The notes under the pieces are model-generated. The model saw nothing but the letters and a program-made list of their open reading frames with translations, did no database searches and was not told the origin of the DNA. Source: Acidimicrobiales bacterium (GTDB lineage: Bacteria > Actinomycetota > Acidimicrobiia > Acidimicrobiales > Ilumatobacteraceae). Taken from it: DNA of 33,131 nt. The DNA lies in the NCBI GenBank assembly GCA_030830415.1, contig JAURNB010000056.1, positions 1 through 33,131 on the forward strand. Reading direction: 5' to 3'. Of this stretch, positions 1-6,870 are shown piece after piece (the first letter of the stretch is position 1; every line of letters begins with the position of its first letter). The position numbers and the translations under genes are program-made.

Positions 1-66
1 GAAAGGAGGGAAAATCAGCAGACATAACTCCTACATGGTAGGGGGCGAAGGGGTGCCGTAGGTAGC

Positions 67-501
67 GTGGAGCACATGTCGAAGCCGCGCAAGCGTTCAA
101 GCGGTTCATCTGCTCACAAATACCCCCGCGAAGCTCGCCTCAATGAGCTTCTGCGAGAGGTCATTGCCGAAGAGTTAGTGCGTATCGACGACGAACGCCT
201 GGCCTTTGTCACCATTACGGCCATCGATGTTGATGCCGAGCTCAACCGGGCCATTGTTTATTTCGACTCGCTGACCGATGAAGAGGGCGATGAAGAGATT
301 CTGAACACCCTCGGTGAACTGCGAATTCGTATTCAGTCGTCTGTCGGCCGCCAAATTCGCACGAAAAAAACTCCGATTCTCGATTTCCGCCCCGACACGG
401 TCATTCGTGCCGCAGCGCGTATCGATGAAGTGCTGCGCATCGACCGTGAACGTCGTGAGGCAATGGAACAAGGCACCTACGTGGTGCCCGACACCGAATA
501 A
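67..501 (+). CDS. rbfA: 30S ribosome-binding factor RbfA
   Basis: 144-aa ORF with an RbfA-like core ('ARLNELLREVIAEEL...FVTITAIDVDAELNRAIVYF'). It lies 5 nt upstream of truB, as in the conserved rbfA-truB arrangement. The start is either GTG 67 or in-frame ATG 76. Confidence 0.85.
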   Translation: MEHMSKPRKRSSGSSAHKYPREARLNELLREVIAEELVRIDDERLAFVTITAIDVDAELNRAIVYFDSLTDEEGDEEILNTLGELRIRIQSSVGRQIRTKKTPILDFRPDTVIRAAARIDEVLRIDRERREAMEQGTYVVPDTE

Positions 502-506
502 CACTT

Positions 507-1415
507 ATGGCAAAGCGGCGCCCACCACAGGTGCATGGCCTTGTGCTCATCGATAAACCCGCAGGCGTCACCAGCCACGATGTGGTGAATACGTTGCGCA
601 AGTCGTTGAGCGAACGTCGTATTGGGCATGCCGGAACCCTCGACCCCGATGCAACAGGAGTTTTAGTTGTTGCGGTGGGTCGCGCTACGCGGCTCATGCA
701 GTTCGTTTCAGGTTCCGATAAAGAATACGTTGCCGAAGTTGTGCTGGGTTCTCGCACGAGCACGCTTGATGATTCGGGAGAAGTGCTAGAGACATTCAAC
801 ATGAGTGCAGTCACGCCAGCCGATGTGCAACGTGTGGTGCGTGAGAACTTAACGGGCGACATTTTGCAAGTGCCACCCATGGTGTCGGCGCTCAAAGTAG
901 ATGGAAAACGATTGCATGAATATGCGCGTGAAGGCGTAGAGATTGAACGCAAGGCACGACCCGTGCACATTTCTCGTTTCGATATTGAAGCAACCGACGA
1001 CCCTTTGGTGTATCGCATGAGCGTTGAGTGTTCCTCGGGAACTTACGTGCGCACGTTGGCCGACGACCTTGGCCGTTTACTTGACGGGGGAGCACATTTA
1101 CGTCGCTTGCGGCGTACGCGAGTAGGGCGATTCACCGAAGAGATGACCTCTGCGTTGGAAAGCCCACAGTTGCTGAGCGAAGTGGGTCTTGTAGAGCACC
1201 TCGCTCGCGTTGATCTAGATGCAGAAACTGCAGATCGTGCATTACATGGCGCAATGCTGCCTGTAGATGTGACGCTGGGTTGGGTAGGCGATGGCCCATG
1301 GAGCGTGTATGGCCCCAATGACGTGTTGCTCGGCGTCTACGAACCAACTGCATCTCAAACAGGATTAGGCCTGACACTGGCTAAACCAACAGTTGTCATT
1401 GCCTTTAGTGGATAG
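507..1415 (+). CDS. truB: tRNA pseudouridine(55) synthase TruB
   Basis: 302-aa ORF with 'GLVLIDKPAGVTSHDVV' and the catalytic-Asp motif 'GHAGTLDPDATGVLVV'. It follows rbfA. Confidence 0.92.
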   Translation: MAKRRPPQVHGLVLIDKPAGVTSHDVVNTLRKSLSERRIGHAGTLDPDATGVLVVAVGRATRLMQFVSGSDKEYVAEVVLGSRTSTLDDSGEVLETFNMSAVTPADVQRVVRENLTGDILQVPPMVSALKVDGKRLHEYAREGVEIERKARPVHISRFDIEATDDPLVYRMSVECSSGTYVRTLADDLGRLLDGGAHLRRLRRTRVGRFTEEMTSALESPQLLSEVGLVEHLARVDLDAETADRALHGAMLPVDVTLGWVGDGPWSVYGPNDVLLGVYEPTASQTGLGLTLAKPTVVIAFSG

Positions 1416-2391
1416 TGTTTCTCACGTGATTGTTGTTCGCGACTTGTCTGTATCGCCGTGGCCGGAAAAGCGTTGTGTGCTCACCATTGGCGCATACGAC
1501 GGTGTGCACCGTGGTCACCAAGCAGTCATTGCCGCAGTGCGCGAGCAAGCAAAGTCACTCAATGCCTTAAGTGTTGTGGTGACTTTCGACAAACACCCTG
1601 CTTCGGTCGTGCGACCCGAGTCGGCGCCACTGTTGCTTACCGACCTGGAACAGAAAATTGAATTGTTGTCCACAACTGGTGTCGATGCCGTCGTGGTGGT
1701 CCCCTTTAATGAAGAGCAATCAACGGAAAACCCAGAGGCGTTTGTGAAGCGTGTGCTGGTTGATTGTTTGCATGTGCAACACATTGTTGTAGGTGAAGAT
1801 TTCCATTTTGGAAAAAACCGCAGTGGCAATGTTGCCCTCTTGCGCACCGAGGGTGCACAGCACGATTTCACCACCGGCCCTCTCGACCTGCTCGCACGAC
1901 AAGACGGAGTAGAAGAGCCCATTAGTTCTACAGCTATTCGTCGCGCACTGCGCGGTGGCGAAATCGACACAGCAACAGCGCTCTTGGGTCACTCTTTTGA
2001 AGTGCGTGGCCCTGTGGTCACAGGCGACCAACGTGGGCGCACCATTGGTTTTGCTACCGCCAACGTTCAGGTTCCTGGCTTCATTTGTTTGCCTGCCGAC
2101 GGCGTGTATGCAGGTATCTATACGCGTCCGTCAGGTAAGCGTTATGCGTGTGCAATCAACCTTGGTCGTCGCCCCACTTTTTATGAGCACAGCAATTCAT
2201 CGCTGCTCGAAGCACACCTCATTGATGAATCAATAGATCTCTATGGCGAAGATGCAAAGGTTCAGTTCACGCACTTCTTGCGCTCAGAGCGAAAGTTCAA
2301 TGGCCCCGATGCGCTCATTGCGCAAGTGAAACTAGATGTGGATCACGCGCGGGAACTGATTAATTCGTTACCGCCTGGCACGCGACCATAA
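1393..2391 (+). CDS. ribF: Bifunctional riboflavin kinase / FMN adenylyltransferase RibF
   Basis: The N-terminal half carries the FAD-synthetase motif 'VLTIGAYDGVHRGHQ'. The C-terminal riboflavin-kinase half has 'GRTIGFATANV' and 'LEAHLIDESIDLYGEDAKVQF'. The longest ORF starts at TTG 1393 and overlaps truB by 23 nt; in-frame GTG 1408 or 1426 are plausible real starts. Confidence 0.9.
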   Translation: MSLPLVDSVSHVIVVRDLSVSPWPEKRCVLTIGAYDGVHRGHQAVIAAVREQAKSLNALSVVVTFDKHPASVVRPESAPLLLTDLEQKIELLSTTGVDAVVVVPFNEEQSTENPEAFVKRVLVDCLHVQHIVVGEDFHFGKNRSGNVALLRTEGAQHDFTTGPLDLLARQDGVEEPISSTAIRRALRGGEIDTATALLGHSFEVRGPVVTGDQRGRTIGFATANVQVPGFICLPADGVYAGIYTRPSGKRYACAINLGRRPTFYEHSNSSLLEAHLIDESIDLYGEDAKVQFTHFLRSERKFNGPDALIAQVKLDVDHARELINSLPPGTRP

Positions 2392-4712
2392 GTAGTAGTG
2401 CGCTGTTCAAGCGTGCGACCCAATGGTGAAACCAGTGCGTTGAAGCTGTCTTCGCTCATCTTTTGACCATGGTTTGCGCCAGCTGCACGAGAGATGTTCT
2501 CGTCCATCAGCGTTCCGCCGAGGTCGTTGCAACCAGCGTTGAGCATTTGGCGGGCGCCGTCGACGCCAACTTTGGTCCAAGATACTTGGATGTTGTCGAT
2601 GAGGCCATGGTAGGCAATGCGCGCAACAGCATGCATCAAAATATTTTCACGGAATGTTGGCCCACGACGTGATTTACGTTGCAAGTAAATAGGTGATGCC
2701 ATGTGCACGAATGGAAGCCCAACGAACTCGGTGAAGCCGCCTGTTTCTTTTTGCAGGTCACGCGTAACCACCATGTGCTTGGCCCAGCTGTCGGTGTGTT
2801 CCACACTGCCGAACATGATGGTGATGTTGGAACGAAGACCAACACTGTGTGCCACACGATGACATTCGAGCCACTCTTCGGTGTTTATTTTGTCGGGGCA
2901 CAAGATGGCACGAATTTTGTCGTCGAGTATTTCGGCTGCTGTGCCCGGAAGCGAGGCGAGCCCTGCATCTTTCAAACGAATGAGGTAGGTCTCTAAAGAC
3001 TCACCGAGTCGTTTTGCCCCTTCAGTGACTTCAAGAGCGGTGAAGCCATGCACATGCATTTCTGGAACAGCGTCTTTCACAGCACGTGTGACGTCGATGT
3101 AATAGTCGCCATCGAAATCGGGGTGAATACCACCTTGCAAGGTGACCTCTGTTGCCCCCATTTCCCACGCCTGTGCGGCACGTTGTGCAATGTCGTCGAG
3201 CGTGAGCAAATATGGTGTGCCACGCAAGTTGAGGCTCAGTGGGCCTTTAGAAAAACCACAGAACTTGCACTTGAAAGTGCAGACATTGGTGTAGTTGATA
3301 TTGCGGTTATGGACCCAGGTGACCGTGTCGCCAACTGTGCGCTTGCGGAGTTCATCGGCAAATTCAGCAACGGCATTCATTTCGCGCCCACGAGCGCGGA
3401 ACAGCGCAACAATTTGCTGTTCATCGGGAAGGTCGCCGGCTTCAACGCCATCAAAGATTTCGCGTAGTTCTCCAGAAATCTTTGTGGCGCCTGGAATGAG
3501 GATTGGTGGTTTGTTGTTTGCGCCTGAATACCACTGTGTTGAACGGTGTCCGACCAAAACAACTTCAGCGCCATCGAGCACAACATCTGCTGCTGTTACT
3601 TTTTCAGGCCAAATGGCGCCTGGGTCGTCGCGACCCAGACCTTCTGCATCGGCACGGTCCATGACAGGAAATTGCACTGCAGGGTCAATCCAGCGAGCAG
3701 GTTCACGAACATATTCGGGGTAAATGGTGAGGCGCGGTGCGAGTTCGTAGCCGCGTTGCGAAGTAACTTCGCGCAGCCGGTCGAGTGCCGGCCATGGGCG
3801 CTCGGGGTTCACATGGTCGGCAGTAACAGGGGAGACGCCACCCCAGTCGTCGATGCCGGCATCGAGCAAAATGCCAAAGTCGTCTGACAAGTTGGGCGGT
3901 GCTTGCAAGTGAATGGAGTCGGGCAAAATGAGCCGTGCCATTGCAATGCTCCACAAGTATTCGTCTTCTGGGCAAGGAGCTTCATGTTGCATGCCTGTGC
4001 GTGGTTTTGGCAAAAAGTTCTGCACAATCACTTCTTGTACGTGTCCGTATTTTTCGTGCGATGCAGCAATGGCCTCTAATGCAGCGATGCGATCTTCACG
4101 GTTTTCACCAATGCCCACCAAGATGCCGGTGGTGAAAGGAATTTTGAGTTCGCCAGCCCACTGCAATGTGTCGAGTCGACGCTGAGGCACTTTGTCGGGT
4201 GCTCCGCGGTGACACGGAAGATCATCGCGCAAAGTTTCAATCATCATTCCTTGTGAAGGTGACACCTTGCGCAACAATGCGAGTTCGTCTTCGTAGAGCG
4301 CTCCGGCATTTGCGTGCGGTAACAAACCAGTTTCTGTGAGCACCAGTTGTGCCATGTCGTGCAAGTAATGAACGGTGCTGTCGTAACCATTTGCCTTCAA
4401 CCATTGTGCTGCAATGTCGTAGCGCAATTCAGGACGTTCGCCCAGAGTGAAGAGTGCTTCGTGACAACCTTGCTTGGCGCCAGCTTTTGCAATGTTGAGT
4501 ACTTGCTCAGCTGAGAGGAACGGGTTTTCGAGCCGCGCTGGTGGCTGAGCAAAAGTGCAATAGCCACAGGTGTCACGGCACAACATGGTGAGGGGAATAA
4601 ACACCTTGGGTGAATAGGTGACGCGAGTTCCAAAAAGTGTGTCGCGTCGTGCCGAGGCAAGAGCGAGCAACTGTGGCAGTGGAGTATCTAGCGAGGGTCG
4701 CTGGGACAGCAT
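2343..4712 (-). CDS. fbiC: FO synthase (7,8-didemethyl-8-hydroxy-5-deazariboflavin synthase), fused CofG/CofH type
   Basis: Roughly 790-820 aa with two radical-SAM CxxxCxxC motifs: 'CRDTCGYCTF' in the N-terminal (CofG-like) half and 'CTFKCKFCGF' in the C-terminal (CofH-like) half. The size and two-domain layout are typical of actinobacterial FbiC. The longest ORF extends to ATG 4808. I prefer ATG 4712 ('MLSQRPSLD...'), but the start is uncertain. Confidence 0.9.
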   Translation of the reverse strand: MLSQRPSLDTPLPQLLALASARRDTLFGTRVTYSPKVFIPLTMLCRDTCGYCTFAQPPARLENPFLSAEQVLNIAKAGAKQGCHEALFTLGERPELRYDIAAQWLKANGYDSTVHYLHDMAQLVLTETGLLPHANAGALYEDELALLRKVSPSQGMMIETLRDDLPCHRGAPDKVPQRRLDTLQWAGELKIPFTTGILVGIGENREDRIAALEAIAASHEKYGHVQEVIVQNFLPKPRTGMQHEAPCPEDEYLWSIAMARLILPDSIHLQAPPNLSDDFGILLDAGIDDWGGVSPVTADHVNPERPWPALDRLREVTSQRGYELAPRLTIYPEYVREPARWIDPAVQFPVMDRADAEGLGRDDPGAIWPEKVTAADVVLDGAEVVLVGHRSTQWYSGANNKPPILIPGATKISGELREIFDGVEAGDLPDEQQIVALFRARGREMNAVAEFADELRKRTVGDTVTWVHNRNINYTNVCTFKCKFCGFSKGPLSLNLRGTPYLLTLDDIAQRAAQAWEMGATEVTLQGGIHPDFDGDYYIDVTRAVKDAVPEMHVHGFTALEVTEGAKRLGESLETYLIRLKDAGLASLPGTAAEILDDKIRAILCPDKINTEEWLECHRVAHSVGLRSNITIMFGSVEHTDSWAKHMVVTRDLQKETGGFTEFVGLPFVHMASPIYLQRKSRRGPTFRENILMHAVARIAYHGLIDNIQVSWTKVGVDGARQMLNAGCNDLGGTLMDENISRAAGANHGQKMSEDSFNALVSPLGRTLEQRTTTYGRVPGGNELISSRA

Positions 4713-4869
4713 GAAGAAACCTTTTCCGGTAACCGTTCCGAAGGAACGAACTGAGTATGTCTGCCAGCGCTCAACGGCAATGCTTCGGGAGCTAGAAATC
4801 CGAGGCATTACCTACATGTCGAGCACAGTGACTGTAGCGCAGGTAGCGGTGAAGCGGCTAGTTCAGGGC

Positions 4870-5646
4870 TTAATCGGGAACGGCAGCAAAAAGGGCACGT
4901 ACGTTGTGGCTATTGAGTGGCAAGCGGTGCCCGGTACGACTAATGAAGCCCAATTGGACCCCTGAAACCGGGTCGAGCACAGTGAAGAGTTGCTCGTGGC
5001 CGTCTTTGTCGACAATGACATCGGTGAGAAGCGGAACACCAATTGCCGAGAGGGCCTGTTGCGTGAAGCCTGCATTGAGCACCTCAATAGCAATGTGCTG
5101 TACACCCGAACCATGTTCATCGAGATGTGCTTGCACTGCCGCATCGTTGCCAGCGCCCAAAAGAACCACCAAAACGCCGCCAGCTTCTGCAAGAAACATT
5201 TCAGTGTCGTCGGTGGGCGAGACGCGGAACCCCATTTGGGTAAAAAATGCACAAGCAGCGGTGATGTCGGTAACGGCAACAACAACATGGTCGATGCGAC
5301 ACGCAACAGTGTCGAGAGCGGAAGCCCCGTTCATCTCGGCATCTTTCAGTGGTGCCGACTCACCGAGGCCATGTGCTACTTCGATGCGATGAGTTTCTGC
5401 AAGCAATGTGCGGAAAATCTGTTCAGCAAAGTCGGCATCAACATTTTTATCAATGGCCCACTGCCTGCGGGTGGTGAGTACTTCGCGAACGCGTTGTGGC
5501 TGAATGACTGCTGCATCAACTTGCGATTTCACATCGGCTACTTCTTTGCATACGTCGAGTCGACGCGCAAGAAGTTCAACAATGCCCTGATCGATGCTGT
5601 CGATTTCGTTGCGTAGCACCGACAGTTGTTGTGAAATGTCGCTCAT
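4870..5646 (-). CDS. Fusion protein: AroQ-type chorismate mutase domain + single VOC (glyoxalase/HPPD-C-terminal-like) domain
   Basis: 258 aa. Residues 1-90 carry the AroQ pattern 'LRNEIDSIDQGIVELLARRLDVCKEVADVK...QPQRVREVL'. Residues 118-258 look like a VOC domain ('IDHVVVAV', 'GSGVQHIAIEV'), with a tail ('EQLFTVL...GFISRTG...HNVRALFAAV') resembling the HPPD C-terminus. Its ATG overlaps the ribE stop (ATGA). Confidence 0.8.
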   Translation of the reverse strand: MSDISQQLSVLRNEIDSIDQGIVELLARRLDVCKEVADVKSQVDAAVIQPQRVREVLTTRRQWAIDKNVDADFAEQIFRTLLAETHRIEVAHGLGESAPLKDAEMNGASALDTVACRIDHVVVAVTDITAACAFFTQMGFRVSPTDDTEMFLAEAGGVLVVLLGAGNDAAVQAHLDEHGSGVQHIAIEVLNAGFTQQALSAIGVPLLTDVIVDKDGHEQLFTVLDPVSGVQLGFISRTGHRLPLNSHNVRALFAAVPD

Positions 5647-6227
5647 TTGGAAATGTGTGCAGTCAGTAGTCGTTCAACGTGTTTGGCAAGAACATCCATT
5701 TCAATGTTCACTCTGTCGCCGGCACGGCGCACGCCAAGGGTGGTGACCTCGCAGGTGTGCGGAATAACAGCAACATCAAAAGTGTCGTCACCTAAATTGA
5801 AAGCAGTGAGGCTGATGCCATCGACGGTGACGGAACCTTTCTCAACGAGATACACCATGAGTTCTGGAGCAATGCGAATGCGCAACTCGGGAGCGGCTTG
5901 CACCACAGTTCCTACGCCATCAACATGGCCAAGCACAATGTGTCCGCCAAGACGTTCGCCAAGGGCCATGGGCCGCTCGAGGTTCACCACAGCGCCATCT
6001 TCAATGTCGTTCAAGTTGGTGCGTTGGTAGGTTTCTTCACTCACATCGGCTTCCCACCATGAATTTCCAGCAGTGGTGTCTGACGACACAAGGGTCAGAC
6101 AGCAGCCATTCACGGCAATAGAAGCCCCCATCTCGCTGCCTTCCAGCACGGTTGACGCGGAAATCCGCAATCGGGGTCCGCGACGGGAGATGACTCGGCC
6201 AAGCTCTTCAACAATTCCAGTGAACAC
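5643..6227 (-). CDS. ribE: Riboflavin synthase (alpha chain)
   Basis: 194 aa with the canonical N-terminus 'MFTGIVEELGRV' and the second lumazine-binding repeat 'GGHIVLGHVDGVG'. GTG start codon at 6225-6227. Its stop overlaps the next gene's ATG by 4 nt. Confidence 0.92.
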   Translation of the reverse strand: MFTGIVEELGRVISRRGPRLRISASTVLEGSEMGASIAVNGCCLTLVSSDTTAGNSWWEADVSEETYQRTNLNDIEDGAVVNLERPMALGERLGGHIVLGHVDGVGTVVQAAPELRIRIAPELMVYLVEKGSVTVDGISLTAFNLGDDTFDVAVIPHTCEVTTLGVRRAGDRVNIEMDVLAKHVERLLTAHISK

Positions 6228-6387
6228 GGGGCAAGGTTACCCCTCGCAGGTTGGTGGTGGTGTGTCTATTCCATAGCCTGTAGAGGTCCAGCAAGGCCCG
6301 CCCATCATGACGAGGGGAGAGCGTCGCTGAGATGCCCGTGGCCAATTGGCTCCGAGCGACCCACCATATATACAAAGTGAGGCACCC

Positions 6388-6654
6388 ATGCCAGAAAAGG
6401 CACCAAAGCAGACCACCATCGCCGTGCACCAACAGCACGCGACCGATACCGGCTCTCCAGATGTTCAGATTGCGCTCCTCACCGACCGCATCAATCAATT
6501 AACTGACCACTTGAAAGACCACCCAAAAGATCACCACTCACGTCGTGGACTTTTGATGTTGGTTGGCCGTCGTCGCCGCATGCTCGATTACGTTCGTGAC
6601 CGCGATATTCAGCGTTACCGCGATCTCATCGCAAAACTTGGTCTTCGTCGCTAA
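6388..6654 (+). CDS. rpsO: 30S ribosomal protein S15
   Basis: '[50 protein letters not shown]...' is classic S15. ATG 6388 gives the normal 88 aa and follows GTGAGG (SD-like). The ORF-track start at 6346 adds 14 non-conserved residues. Confidence 0.93.
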   Translation: MPEKAPKQTTIAVHQQHATDTGSPDVQIALLTDRINQLTDHLKDHPKDHHSRRGLLMLVGRRRRMLDYVRDRDIQRYRDLIAKLGLRR

Positions 6655-6676
6655 TCAGCGTCGCCCACTCTGGCTA

Positions 6677-6701
6677 GGTATCCCCAAAAGGTGGGGATAC
6701 C
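6677..6701 (+). terminator. Perfect 9-bp stem-loop just downstream of rpsO (terminator/attenuator or RNase processing site)
   Basis: GGTATCCCC-aaaaggt-GGGGATACC begins 23 nt after the rpsO stop. No U-tract follows, so it may be a partial terminator or processing hairpin within the rpsO-pnp unit. Confidence 0.45.
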
Positions 6702-6870
6702 ACAAGCAGAATAGAAACCAGAAATAAAGAAGCGAGCAACCGTGAGTCGGTTGTCAGTCGCCTAGCCCGTGGCCCTAGTTGGGTCACGAGATTGCCGACT
6801 GGGAACCGACATTGTTGCTCATTTGACCCCGTCTCATCTTTGAGCACATACATATATAAAGGAGGACACC

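Noticed and set aside
1-66. A strong SD-like GAAAGGAGGG at the left edge and a possible 3' end of an upstream CDS (stops at 25-27, 39-41 and 59-61 in the three frames).
   Set aside because: No start codon lies at a sensible distance after the SD-like run; ATG 35 is followed by a stop after two codons. At most 20 codons of any upstream gene are visible, which is too short to identify.
4713-4869. A possible regulatory RNA between the CM-VOC gene and fbiC. It contains a stable C(UUCG)G tetraloop hairpin (minus strand CGTTCC-TTC-GGAACG, plus coordinates 4734-4748) about 20 nt upstream of ATG 4712.
   Set aside because: A single short hairpin with no recognisable riboswitch core. If fbiC starts at ATG 4808 the hairpin is simply coding sequence. 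This is not enough evidence to call a feature.
6228-6345. An FMN (RFN) riboswitch expected upstream of ribE.
   Set aside because: I read both strands and could not find the conserved aptamer cores (GGGCAGGGTGAAATTCCC, ACCGGCGGT, GCCGACAGT...AGTCCGGATG). Only generic hairpins are present. A covariance-model search would be needed to be certain.
6346-6387. The N-terminal extension of rpsO in the ORF track (start at 6346).
   Set aside because: The extra 14 residues are not S15-like. ATG 6388 gives the canonical length and has an SD-like GTGAGG upstream.
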